Below are positions 1 to 9,506 of a stretch of DNA of 64,000 nucleotides, one piece after another. A program made the position numbers and the translations under genes. Source of the DNA: Helicobacteraceae bacterium (GTDB lineage Bacteria; Campylobacterota; Campylobacteria; Campylobacterales; Sulfurimonadaceae); NCBI GenBank assembly GCA_013138865.1, contig WTBY01000033.1, positions 489 to 64,488 on the forward strand, given 5' to 3'. The notes under the pieces are model-generated. The model had not been told where the DNA came from and made no database searches. It saw nothing but the letters and a program-made list of their open reading frames with translations. Each line of letters begins with the position of its first letter. Position 1 is the first letter of the stretch.

Positions 1-417
1 TTTGATTATACAACTAACAATGATGAGCACAATGGGTATATAAAATTAAATTTACTTTTCGATTCTAATTCTAAAGATGAAATTATTCAAAAACTAATTT
101 TAACTTCTAAAAATAATGCAGTAAATGGTTCTCTTAAAAGAGTTAGTGAACGAATCTTTAAATTAACTAAATATCAAATAAGTAAAAAATTGATTGATTC
201 AATTCAATCTGAAATTTTTGATAAAAGGAATTCAATTGTTCATGAATCTGAAAACCATATGATAAAAAAAGAGAATATTGAAAGTTATTTTCAACTAACT
301 GAAAAATATTTATTTGAATTGGGTAAAGCATGTAAAAAAATTGGTGCTCCATACCTTGATCAAGCGAACTGGTTAGAAAAACCTAACAAAAACGAGGAGA
401 CCAATAGTTTACCCTAG
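1..417 (+). CDS. C-terminal part of a HEPN-like domain protein (5' end outside window)
   Basis: Frame 1 is open from base 1 to the stop at 415-417, so the listed 190..417 ORF is only the tail. The translation contains KRNSIVH, which matches the R-N-x3-H (Rx4-6H) HEPN motif, in a helical context. Confidence 0.45.
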   Translation, partial: FDYTTNNDEHNGYIKLNLLFDSNSKDEIIQKLILTSKNNAVNGSLKRVSERIFKLTKYQISKKLIDSIQSEIFDKRNSIVHESENHMIKKENIESYFQLTEKYLFELGKACKKIGAPYLDQANWLEKPNKNEETNSLP

Positions 418-802
418 CGGGAAAATTATTGCTTATGATAAACGTTAAGTTGCTAAAGCACTTACTTTTGGAACATAAAATACTCATATTAGTTTTACGT
501 GTTCCACAAAGTGTTCAAAAAGTAAAAACTACAAAGTTCCATAAACATTAAGGGATTATGGAACAAATAAAGTGTGCTTTTAAATTATATATTTAAAGCT
601 TTATCCAATCTTCCTTCAAAAAATATAGCCAGCTGTGAAAGTGTTATAGATTTTTATTTAATGAAATTAGGTAAAAAACTTAATTTCAAACCCCCGAAAG
701 TTTCATTAAGTCACAAATACCTATAAATATTTCAAGAGAAGAAAAGCTACTTTAAATAACTACTAGGGTAAAGTAATCTAAATTTATCTAAGAAGGTGTA
801 GT

Positions 803-1027
803 ATGATTGAGTTTATGAAAAAAGCTGTTGATTGGGTTTTACAAAAAGAGCAAGAGGCAGCTCAGGAGTGTCATATTAGCGTTGTTGATGTTGATAAGCA
901 GATAGAAACTATGCAGAATAAAAAAGATAGTATTACAGCTCAGTACAGTGAAAATATTGAAGAGATTGACCATGTTTTAGGTCGCTTAGAGAGTATTAAA
1001 AAAAGTGCAAATAAGTGTACTAAATAA
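803..1027 (+). CDS. small hypothetical coiled-coil protein
   Basis: 74-aa ORF with AAGGTG 5 nt upstream of the ATG. No recognisable motif. It ends just before the fumC start. Confidence 0.3.
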   Translation: MIEFMKKAVDWVLQKEQEAAQECHISVVDVDKQIETMQNKKDSITAQYSENIEEIDHVLGRLESIKKSANKCTK

Positions 1028-1028
1028 C

Positions 1029-2426
1029 ATGAGTTCTCAATATCGTATAGAAAAAGATACTATGGGCGAAATTAAAGTTCCAAAAGATCTCTATTGGGGA
1101 GCACAAACGCAACGTTCAATAGAGAATTTTGCGATCGGTGAAGAGAAAATGCCTTATGAGATCACTCGTGCATTTTCATACTTGAAAAAAGCTGTCGCAC
1201 TTGTAAACAAAGACCTTGGCAAGCTAGATAAGAAAAAAGCAAATGCAATCGCGTCAGCTGCTGATGATATGTTAGCTGGTAAGTTAGACGGAAACTACCC
1301 TTTAGTTGTATGGCAGACGGGTTCAGGTACTCAGTCAAATATGAACAACAACGAAGTTTTAGCATCTCGTGCGACAGAGATACTTGGAGGAGACTTTAAA
1401 AAAGAGAAGTTAGTTCACCCTAACGATCATGTAAATATGTCTCAAAGTTCTAATGACACCTACCCTACTGCACTGCATGTTGCTTCTGTGATCGCAGTTG
1501 AAGAGCAACTTCTTCCTGCAATTAAAAAGTTAAAAAAGACACTGAAAAAAAAGTCGAAAAAGTTTGAAAAAATTGTTAAAATAGGTCGTACTCACTTACA
1601 AGATGCAACACCTATAACACTAGGTCAAGAGATTAGCGGTTGGGTGGAGATGCTTAAAAAATGTGAAAAGATGGCTAAAACTTCACTTAAAGATGTACGA
1701 GAGTTAGCACTAGGTGGAACAGCCGTAGGAACTGGCCTAAATGCTCATCCAGAACTAGGTAAAAGAGTCGCAAAAAAATTGAGCTCTCTTACTGGACATA
1801 AGTTTATTACTGCACCAAATAAGTTTCACTCACTAACTTCACATGATGCACTTGTTTTTGCTCATGGGGCACTAAAAGCACTAGCCGCTGATATGATGAA
1901 AATAGCTAACGATGTTCGCTGGTTAGCTTCAGGTCCACGTTGTGGTATAGGCGAAATAGAGATCCCAGCTAATGAGCCTGGAAGCTCCATCATGCCAGGA
2001 AAAGTAAACCCTACTCAAGCCGAAGCTGTAACCATGGTTGCATGTCAAGTTATGGGAAATGATGCAACGATCGGCTTTGCGGCAAGTCAAGGTAACTTTG
2101 AGTTAAATGTTTTTAAACCTGTGATCGCGTACAACTTTTTACAATCAGTAAGACTTTTAAGTGACTCTATAATCTCTTTTAACGATCACTGTGCGGTTGG
2201 AATAGAACCAGTCAAAGAGAAGATAGACTATTATTTAAATGAGTCATTAATGCTAGTAACGGCACTTAACCCACACATAGGTTATGAAAATGCAGCCAAA
2301 ATAGCTAAGAGCGCACATAACAATAACTCTACTTTAAAAATTGAAGCTGTAAAGTTAGGTTTTCTAACAGAAGAAGAGTTTGATAAGTATGTAGTACCTA
2401 AAAATATGACAACACCAAAAGTATAA
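1029..2426 (+). CDS. fumC: class II fumarate hydratase
   Basis: [13 protein letters not shown] signature and the full-length fumarase/aspartase pattern ([21 protein letters not shown]). The start is moved to the in-frame ATG giving [18 protein letters not shown]. Confidence 0.95.
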   Translation: MSSQYRIEKDTMGEIKVPKDLYWGAQTQRSIENFAIGEEKMPYEITRAFSYLKKAVALVNKDLGKLDKKKANAIASAADDMLAGKLDGNYPLVVWQTGSGTQSNMNNNEVLASRATEILGGDFKKEKLVHPNDHVNMSQSSNDTYPTALHVASVIAVEEQLLPAIKKLKKTLKKKSKKFEKIVKIGRTHLQDATPITLGQEISGWVEMLKKCEKMAKTSLKDVRELALGGTAVGTGLNAHPELGKRVAKKLSSLTGHKFITAPNKFHSLTSHDALVFAHGALKALAADMMKIANDVRWLASGPRCGIGEIEIPANEPGSSIMPGKVNPTQAEAVTMVACQVMGNDATIGFAASQGNFELNVFKPVIAYNFLQSVRLLSDSIISFNDHCAVGIEPVKEKIDYYLNESLMLVTALNPHIGYENAAKIAKSAHNNNSTLKIEAVKLGFLTEEEFDKYVVPKNMTTPKV

Positions 2427-2482
2427 GATCATAAATAACAGTGTACAATATAAAAATTTATTTATTAAAATAGGAAAATGTT

Positions 2483-3316
2483 ATGAATAAAAGTCTAGTT
2501 GGTGTAGCTGTAGCAGTTGTTGTAGTCAGTGGTTTTTTTGTGCTTAATAGTTCTAAAGAAGATGTTAAACAGAGCACAATAGTTAAAGAAAATAGTCCAC
2601 AAAAGAGTATAGTGCTTAAAGAAAAAGTCTCTAAAAAGAGTACTGAGCCTACACCAAAAGTAAAAGTAGCAAAGAAAAAAGAGTTAAAGTTAGCTCCTTC
2701 TATACTTTCAAAAGTAACAGACCTTGATGCTTCTATTTTAAAAGATCTGCGATCCGATAAAGATACTTTTAGTGAACTTTATAACAAAAATAGACTTGTA
2801 GTTTTTGTAGAAAATGAGCTTGATTATAGAAAATCGAAAGTAAACTCTACACTAAATAAAATAGTCTCTTCAAATCTTGAGGGAATAATTAAGATTAGAG
2901 AAGACTCTGAAGGAGAGATCTACTTAGAGATAGTAGACTATGGAAAAAATAGCAATAACAGTAGTGAAAGTAGTGAAAGTAATTATAAAAAAGTAAATAC
3001 ATCTTACAACTTCAAGTATGACGAAGCAACAATTCAAGATATACAGAGTGTTGAAGATTTCATATCTTTTTTAAACTCTATGCAAGGTGCTGTGAAAAGT
3101 GTAATTATAGTAGGTTATACGGACTCAAAAGGTTCTAAAAATTACAACATGGTTCTCTCAGCTAAACGTGCAAAAGTTTTAAACGATATGCTTAAAGAGT
3201 ATAACTTTAATGTTAAATATATAGCAAAAGGTGAGTCAAACCCTATAGCTTCAAATAAAAATGAAGAGACTAGAGCATTAAATAGACGTGTTGAAGTTTA
3301 CGTTGACGTTGAGTAA
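2483..3316 (+). CDS. OmpA/MotB-family peptidoglycan-binding protein with N-terminal membrane anchor
   Basis: N-terminal hydrophobic segment. C-terminal OmpA-like motif GYTDSKGSKNYNMVLSAKRA...NRRVEV. Confidence 0.8.
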   Translation: MNKSLVGVAVAVVVVSGFFVLNSSKEDVKQSTIVKENSPQKSIVLKEKVSKKSTEPTPKVKVAKKKELKLAPSILSKVTDLDASILKDLRSDKDTFSELYNKNRLVVFVENELDYRKSKVNSTLNKIVSSNLEGIIKIREDSEGEIYLEIVDYGKNSNNSSESSESNYKKVNTSYNFKYDEATIQDIQSVEDFISFLNSMQGAVKSVIIVGYTDSKGSKNYNMVLSAKRAKVLNDMLKEYNFNVKYIAKGESNPIASNKNEETRALNRRVEVYVDVE

Positions 3317-3352
3317 ATAATTTAAATATAACAGATATAGAAGTATTTACTT

Positions 3353-4546
3353 CTATATCTTCTTGCCACTATAAAGAACAGGTGTAAACTTCCAAGCCCA
3401 CAATATAAACATAACCAACCACAACGCTAAAGAGATATCAAATAAGAAAAATAACTTATGGTTAATGCTAACCCCTATAGAGAAAATAAAACGCGCTATT
3501 ACGACCACTTGAGTTAAGTAAAATACTTTTAGTATAAAGCTAGAAGCATGAGGTGGTTGACCTGAGTGACCAAGTGTAACACGCGTTCCAAAGCCTATAA
3601 GCATAGTAGTTATGAAACCAAGTGCAACAAGGTGAGTTTGTGCATAAACAAAACTACTACCACTAAGTAACTCTACAAGCCCAACAACAGCTCCAACTCC
3701 AAACGCGATCGGAAGCCACCACAGTGCTACATGAAGTATTTTCAGTATTTCAGGTGCTTGTTTATAATTTAGATCCCATCTTTTAAACTCTTTAAAAATT
3801 ATAAATGCAAGAGTTGCATCTACTGCTATGCTGAAATAACTCATAGCTAAAACAGTCCCAACTACCTTTAGAACTAAAAGTTTAAAAACTAATGGCAAAA
3901 ACTCTTCATTTTTCTCAGCAAATGAGTGTGAGAAAAAAGGAACCATTCTTTGTGCTACTGAAAGTGTTAAGAGTGTCAAATAGAGTGTAAAAGCTACAGA
4001 TGTAGCAAAGTGAGGTAAATCTAAAAAGATCTCTAAAATAGCCATAAAATTCAGTAAAACCCCTGCGCTAAGTGCTATTAAGATCCATTTTTGATCGTAC
4101 ATTTGAGGAGAGTTTGAGTTGTTGTAAATGCTAAAAAGCTTATACCAAAACATAGATATACCAGCAAGTAGAAACAGCATACCAACTACTAAAAGCTCGC
4201 TACTAACAAAAGCTCCACCAACATAAAGAAGCCCACCTATATTTAAAAGAGCGAATGTCTTTAAATAATAAGATTTTTCTATAACTTCACTTTGACAAAA
4301 ACGAGGAAATGTAGTATATAAAAAGCCTATAAATAGTTGAGTAAATAGAATGTAGATCATAGAGTATGAGTGAAAGTCTATCGGTGTGACAGTTAAAATT
4401 GCACTACCTTTAAAGAGTAGTTTGTAAGCCACTCCAAATACGATCATAAGAGCGATCGCCCATATAACTCCAAAAAGAAAAAATGGTTGGTGTACTTGAG
4501 AGAGAAAATAGTTCTCTTTTTTAGCTTTAGTCTGAAAATTTTGCAT
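3353..4546 (-). CDS. NnrS-family polytopic membrane protein
   Basis: About 12 predicted TM helices in 397 aa. The N-terminal FFLFGV pattern and overall layout are typical of NnrS. Confidence 0.7.
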   Translation of the reverse strand: MQNFQTKAKKENYFLSQVHQPFFLFGVIWAIALMIVFGVAYKLLFKGSAILTVTPIDFHSYSMIYILFTQLFIGFLYTTFPRFCQSEVIEKSYYLKTFALLNIGGLLYVGGAFVSSELLVVGMLFLLAGISMFWYKLFSIYNNSNSPQMYDQKWILIALSAGVLLNFMAILEIFLDLPHFATSVAFTLYLTLLTLSVAQRMVPFFSHSFAEKNEEFLPLVFKLLVLKVVGTVLAMSYFSIAVDATLAFIIFKEFKRWDLNYKQAPEILKILHVALWWLPIAFGVGAVVGLVELLSGSSFVYAQTHLVALGFITTMLIGFGTRVTLGHSGQPPHASSFILKVFYLTQVVVIARFIFSIGVSINHKLFFLFDISLALWLVMFILWAWKFTPVLYSGKKI

Positions 4547-4578
4547 CTACTGCCTTTTTTAAATATTTGCGATTATAT

Positions 4579-5040
4579 CTATAAGAGTTTTAAAATACTC
4601 TTCTTATTCATTTTACGTGCAAAATCTTTTGCAGTTAATCCTTTGTCTTCAACAGCCTCTTTATCTACCCCAGAGTCTAAAAGTTTTTTAACCATTTCGG
4701 CTCTGCCATAACAAGTAGCCGCCATAAGTGGAGTAAAACGACTTCGTCTATCTGTTTTACTTACGTCTATACCCTGCTCTAGTATATACTCAAAAAGCAC
4801 AATGTTGTTATATGTGATTGCATTGTCAAAGATAGATACACCCTGATCATCAAACTCGTAAATATTTGCACCACTCTCAACAAGAAGCATAATAAGTTCA
4901 CTATCACAGCGAAGACGTAGTGCGATCGCTAATACACTCTCTTCGCTCTCATTTGCTTCATTAAGATCTGCACCATCTTTTATATACTTTTTTGCACCTA
5001 AATAGTCATTATTTGTTAAAAGTTTGATCCATTCATTCAT
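4579..5040 (-). CDS. ankyrin-repeat protein
   Basis: Repeated ankyrin-like units (TPLMAATCYGRAEMVKKLLDSGVD, SVLAIALRLRCDSELIMLLVESGANI). Confidence 0.8.
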   Translation of the reverse strand: MNEWIKLLTNNDYLGAKKYIKDGADLNEANESEESVLAIALRLRCDSELIMLLVESGANIYEFDDQGVSIFDNAITYNNIVLFEYILEQGIDVSKTDRRSRFTPLMAATCYGRAEMVKKLLDSGVDKEAVEDKGLTAKDFARKMNKKSILKLL

Positions 5041-5101
5041 GATAAATACCTCATTAATTTTAATATGCTAAAATTGCGTAAATTTAATTTAGGAATTATA
5101 T

Positions 5102-6298
5102 ATGAAAATTATTGAAACTACGGACGAATTTAAGTCTTGTGTTGAAAACATCAAAAAAACTAAAGGTTACAAAGACCCAATAGGCTTTGGTATTTGTAGA
5201 GTAGACCTAGGTCAAAAGAACTTAGACAAAACTCTTCAAGCTACTTACCCACTTGTAAACTGGGGAGAGAACTTTGGTAGTGCTGCTGTTTTCATAAACG
5301 CTTTAGCAGAACAAGGTGTAAATGTAGACTGTTCAGCTAATGAAGTTGTTTGTGACATAAACTCAGAGTTTTTACTAACAGCTCTTAATACATTTGCTCC
5401 ATATGTAGACGAAGCTTTTGATGATGCTCATAAAAATATTCAAGTTGTTGCAACTCTTTACTCTCTAATAAAACAAAATGGTATGTTAGATGGCGAATTT
5501 AAAGTAGTATTTATTTTTGCAGACGAAGCAGTTGAGAGTGTTGAAGCAGCTTATTTAAAACTTTACGTACTTTCTCAAGCTAAAGTAGAGTTAAGAGGAA
5601 TTAACCTTAATGGTGCTTTTGGTGCTCTACCAAATGTTGCATGGTCTCAAGGAAGTCCGATCGAGCTTGACTACTTAAGAGAGAACGAAATAGAGCTTAA
5701 GCTTGCAAATGAATACCCACATATCGACTTTGTAGATAAATTTCCACGTTTTTTACAACACATAATTCCACAAGACAACACTCGTATTTTAGAGACTTCA
5801 AAAGTACGTTTTGGTGCACAACTTGCAGGTGGAACTACTGTTATGCCTGGTGCTAGTTACATTAACTTTAATGCTGGAACAACTGGTAGTGTTATGGTTG
5901 AAGGTCGTATCTCTTCATCTGCAATCGTAGGTGCAGGTAGTGACGTTGGTGGTGGTGCTTCTATACTTGGTGTTTTAAGTGGTACAGATGGTAACCCAAT
6001 CTCGATCGGTAAAAATACTCTTTTAGGTGCTAACTCTACTTGTGGTATTCCTCTAGGTGACGCTTGTATTATTGACGCAGGTTTAGCTATTTTAGAGGGA
6101 ACAAAAGTTGGAATTTACCCAGCAGAACTTACTAAGATCCAAGAAGCAAACACAGGCTGCACAATAGCTGGAGAAGTTTTTAAATGTAAAGACTTAGCAG
6201 GACTTAATGGTCTTCACTTTCGTGCTAACTCTATGACTGGAGAGATCACAGCATCTCGTTCAACTCGTGAAATTAAGCTTAATGCGGATCTTCACTAA
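5102..6298 (+). CDS. dapD: tetrahydrodipicolinate N-succinyltransferase, long epsilonproteobacterial form
   Basis: C-terminal left-handed beta-helix hexapeptide repeats (GAGSDVGGGASILGVLSG, IGKNTLLGANS). Size and layout match the roughly 390-aa Campylobacter-type DapD. Confidence 0.75.
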   Translation: MKIIETTDEFKSCVENIKKTKGYKDPIGFGICRVDLGQKNLDKTLQATYPLVNWGENFGSAAVFINALAEQGVNVDCSANEVVCDINSEFLLTALNTFAPYVDEAFDDAHKNIQVVATLYSLIKQNGMLDGEFKVVFIFADEAVESVEAAYLKLYVLSQAKVELRGINLNGAFGALPNVAWSQGSPIELDYLRENEIELKLANEYPHIDFVDKFPRFLQHIIPQDNTRILETSKVRFGAQLAGGTTVMPGASYINFNAGTTGSVMVEGRISSSAIVGAGSDVGGGASILGVLSGTDGNPISIGKNTLLGANSTCGIPLGDACIIDAGLAILEGTKVGIYPAELTKIQEANTGCTIAGEVFKCKDLAGLNGLHFRANSMTGEITASRSTREIKLNADLH

Positions 6299-6329
6299 AC
6301 TTAAACCTTTTAAGGTTTAAGGGCCCAAT

Positions 6330-7199
6330 ATGGCAAAATTTGTTCTATTAATACTATTTAATATAGCTCTTTTTGCTGAGCCTCTTGCACTAAAAGAGTC
6401 ATACTTTTTTAGCGATCATAAGATCAAAGTAAACGATATTTTCAATGATCTTAATAGCTCCTCACTTATCTACCAAATAAATAGACACAAAACAAAAGTT
6501 AGAGTAAAGTCAAAAGTTATTATAAAAGCGTTTAAGGCATTAGGAATTGATGTTAAAAAAAGTTCTAAAAACTATGTAACTTTTTACATGGAGTCTAAGC
6601 TTGATTTAGAGTTTTTAAAACTCTCATTAGCCAACTACTACAAACGTTTTTACAATACACTTCAAATTGACTCTATTCAGATAGCACCTCGATCCTTTAC
6701 TGCAGAGCTTCCAGAGGTTTATAAAATAGAGATTCCTAACAACAGTTTTAAAAGATCTACTTCAACCTTTTACATTGAAAGTGATAATAAAAAACGTATT
6801 TTTTTCAACTACACCATAAAAGCGACTATAGGAGTTTTTAGAGCAAGGGATGATATAAAACGAGGTACTAGACTTGAACTTACAAATATTAAAAAAGATC
6901 GTATTGCACTCTCTCAAGTTAAAGTAACACCCATTCAAAGCAGTAGCAGAGCAATGCTAGAGGCAAGACGACACATTAGAGCAGAACATGTAATAACCAA
7001 GAGTGATGTAAGAGCTGAAAACTTAGTTGTTAGAAACCAGTTCATAAGTGCAGTTTTACGTGAAGGTGGACTTAGTATCTCTTTTGATGCACGTTCAACT
7101 CAAGAGGGTGCATTAGGTGATAACATAATGATCATAAAACCAGATGGATCTAAAATAAGAGCAACCGTTATAGGTGAAGCTCAAGTAGAGGTAAAATAA
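6330..7199 (+). CDS. flgA: flagellar basal-body P-ring formation chaperone FlgA
   Basis: Signal peptide. C-terminal SAF/ChapFlgA-like segment (GALGDNIMIIKPDGSKIRATVIGEAQVEV). It abuts ubiX, as in other epsilonproteobacteria. Confidence 0.6.
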   Translation: MAKFVLLILFNIALFAEPLALKESYFFSDHKIKVNDIFNDLNSSSLIYQINRHKTKVRVKSKVIIKAFKALGIDVKKSSKNYVTFYMESKLDLEFLKLSLANYYKRFYNTLQIDSIQIAPRSFTAELPEVYKIEIPNNSFKRSTSTFYIESDNKKRIFFNYTIKATIGVFRARDDIKRGTRLELTNIKKDRIALSQVKVTPIQSSSRAMLEARRHIRAEHVITKSDVRAENLVVRNQFISAVLREGGLSISFDARSTQEGALGDNIMIIKPDGSKIRATVIGEAQVEVK

Positions 7200-7717
7200 T
7201 GAGAGTAGTAGTAGCTATAAGTGGTGCAAGTGGTGCAGAATTAGGTCTAAAAGCCTTAGAGTTACTTCCGAGTGTAGTTGATAAGCATCTTATTATGAGC
7301 GATAGTGCAAAAGTTGTTTTAAAAAAAGAGCAAAATATTACGATCCATGACAATAGTGATATATCAGCAAGTGTTGCTTCTGGATCATTTAAGTGTGACG
7401 CAATGCTCATAATACCTTGCTCAATGAATACACTAGCAAAGGTCTCTTGTGGCATAGCTGACAACTTAATCACAAGAGTAGCCTCTGTTATGATTAAAGA
7501 GAGACGTACCCTACTCCTAGCTCCAAGAGAGATGCCATTTTCAGCTATATCATTAGAAAATATGTTAAAACTATCTCGTCTAGGTGTGATCATAGCTCCA
7601 CCTGTTTTAGCCTACTACTCAGAACAACAAACACTAGAACAGATGGAAAACTTTATGATCGGTAAGTGGTTTGACCTTATAGGTATAGATAACGAGCTTT
7701 TTAAGAGGTGGTCTTAA
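7199..7717 (+). CDS. ubiX: flavin prenyltransferase UbiX
   Basis: The N-terminus MRVVVAISGASGAELG and the PCSMNTLAK motif are typical of the UbiX/Pad1 flavoprotein family. Confidence 0.85.
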   Translation: MRVVVAISGASGAELGLKALELLPSVVDKHLIMSDSAKVVLKKEQNITIHDNSDISASVASGSFKCDAMLIIPCSMNTLAKVSCGIADNLITRVASVMIKERRTLLLAPREMPFSAISLENMLKLSRLGVIIAPPVLAYYSEQQTLEQMENFMIGKWFDLIGIDNELFKRWS

Positions 7718-9450
7718 AAACTAACTATATTCCGCCCTGCATTTTTTGATGTATATAGAAGTTCGTCGACTCTTTTAAAAACTTGATCTATATCTTCAGC
7801 ATCTTTTAATTCCACAACACCCACACTTATAGTTAACTTATCAACTACTTTAAAAGAGTGTGATTCTACTTTTTCTTTAACTCTTTGTGCAAATATTTTA
7901 GAATTTTCCAATGTACTATGTGGAAGTACAATTATAAACTCCTCTCCACCATAACGACCTATTAAATCAACATCTCTAAGATTAATTTTAACTAACTCAG
8001 ATAGTTCTACTAAAATATCATCACCTACACTGTGCCCATAAGTATCATTTACTTTTTTGAAAAAATCTATATCATACATAATAAGTGAAAGTGGTGTCTC
8101 ATATCTACTTGAGCGACTTATCTCAGAAGTTACTATATTCATTAAAGAGTACCTATTATGCAACTTTGTAAGAGAATCAGTCGTAGCCAATAGCTCAAAA
8201 GAGTCTTTTAACTCTAGAAGCTCTGTTGTTCTTACTTTTACTCTCTGCTCTAATGTTTTGTTAAGCTCTTCTAACTCTTCACTTTTATTGTTTATCTTTT
8301 TTTCATACTCTTTGAAATAGAGTCCTATTCTCGTAGATATATAGAAGGAGAGTACAAGTGCTAAAAGTACGATCACTAAAGCTATATAAAATATCTGTTT
8401 TGATTCTTTGTTATAGATGTCATAAAGTGCTACTTTCTCTTTATTTACTTTAGTATTAATTTCTGAAAAGTAAAAACCACTACCTATAATCCAGTCAGAA
8501 TTTGGTATTCTTTGAATATAAGAGTATTTTTTTTCAACCTCTTTACTGTTTTTGTTATACCAATTATAAACGTGTGCATTATTTATTTTGCCTTTTAAAG
8601 AGTCAATAATTTTTTTTATAGTTTTTTGAACAAATGGATCATCTATATTTTCTATACTTTTATCAACAAACTGTGGTAAAAAGTCATGTAAAACAAGCTT
8701 ACCTTTAGTGTTTAAAATAAAAATGTAGTTATCGCCTATATTATCAACTTTTTGAATTATAGAAAATAGCTCTTCATCTGTTTTTTTTATTGCTGTATCT
8801 ATATATTCTGATGTTCCAAAGTACCAATTATAGTGTCCAAATTCTTTTACAAAAGCAACTTGCTTATACTGTTTTTTCGGATCACCATTATGCTTAGTAA
8901 AAGTATCCCATAAAAAACCACTACCTTTGCTCTTACAAATGGCAATTTCTTCTTGTATTATAAGGCTTCCTGTTGCATCTTTTAGCTCTATTATAGAGCT
9001 ACCTTCTAAATGTTTTAAATACTTAGGTGCTAATTGAAAAATGCCATCATAATCAACTATCCAGATAAAACTTTCACCATCATTCCATAAGAACGGCTCA
9101 AGTGCCGTTTTAATCATAAGTTTGATCTCTTCTGCTGTTTTTGTATTTTTATTTTTTGCGTAAATATTATGAGCTATATAGTATGCGTTATTTACACGTT
9201 CTTGTAACTCAACATAAAGTCTTTTTTTTATAACTGATTTTTTATAAACTATAAGGTCTAGCATATTCAAGACTTTATTTTTTACTTCTTCTTTCTTGCT
9301 CTCAAGTAAATTTGTTTCTAACCTATGCACTCTTAGCTCAAAACTATTAGAATATGCTTGATAAAAGAGCACACTCATCGTTACCATAAACAGTGGTATA
9401 ATTATGAGAGGTGCATAAGTGACAATATTCAAAAAATATTTTTCTTTCAT
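7714..9450 (-). CDS. Cache-type sensor diguanylate cyclase (GGDEF)
   Basis: Two TM segments flank a roughly 300-aa periplasmic Cache-like region. The C-terminal GGDEF domain has an intact GGEEF and an RxxD (RDVD) I-site 5 residues upstream. Confidence 0.85.
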   Translation of the reverse strand: MKEKYFLNIVTYAPLIIIPLFMVTMSVLFYQAYSNSFELRVHRLETNLLESKKEEVKNKVLNMLDLIVYKKSVIKKRLYVELQERVNNAYYIAHNIYAKNKNTKTAEEIKLMIKTALEPFLWNDGESFIWIVDYDGIFQLAPKYLKHLEGSSIIELKDATGSLIIQEEIAICKSKGSGFLWDTFTKHNGDPKKQYKQVAFVKEFGHYNWYFGTSEYIDTAIKKTDEELFSIIQKVDNIGDNYIFILNTKGKLVLHDFLPQFVDKSIENIDDPFVQKTIKKIIDSLKGKINNAHVYNWYNKNSKEVEKKYSYIQRIPNSDWIIGSGFYFSEINTKVNKEKVALYDIYNKESKQIFYIALVIVLLALVLSFYISTRIGLYFKEYEKKINNKSEELEELNKTLEQRVKVRTTELLELKDSFELLATTDSLTKLHNRYSLMNIVTSEISRSSRYETPLSLIMYDIDFFKKVNDTYGHSVGDDILVELSELVKINLRDVDLIGRYGGEEFIIVLPHSTLENSKIFAQRVKEKVESHSFKVVDKLTISVGVVELKDAEDIDQVFKRVDELLYTSKNAGRNIVSF

Positions 9451-9506
9451 GTCTCTACTCTATCATTTTTATAATTAAATTTTAATTATATCTTAATCAA
9501 TAGCTA

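Noticed and set aside
167-352. 61-aa minus-strand ORF at the window start
   Set aside because: It is antisense to the longer open frame that runs off the 5' edge and carries the HEPN-like motif. It has an aromatic-rich, low-complexity translation.
1005-1028. Upstream extension of fumC (MQISVLNN...)
   Set aside because: The extension overlaps the preceding small ORF and adds residues not seen in fumarases. The internal ATG gives the canonical N-terminus.
2941-3000. Short AGTAGTGAA repeat in the OmpA-like gene as a repeat element
   Set aside because: There are only two copies, encoding a Ser/Glu-rich linker. It is too short to be meaningful.
7168-7593. 141-aa minus-strand ORF overlapping ubiX
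   Set aside because: It lies entirely antisense to a well-supported ubiX gene and has a low-complexity, Ser/Leu/Ile-rich translation. This is a typical shadow ORF. The same reasoning applies to 1162-1365, 4487-4711, 8057-8320, 9601-9885, 10843-11052, 11149-11355, 12615-12929, 14219-14422, 14772-15005, 19269-19574, 22942-23341, 23575-23820, 23958-24143, 32146-32595, 34440-34679, 36435-36650, 39664-39933, 40342-40566, 42581-42811, 43846-44049, 45556-45795, 50472-50708, 54290-54484, 58219-58401, 61656-62223 and 62817-63017.
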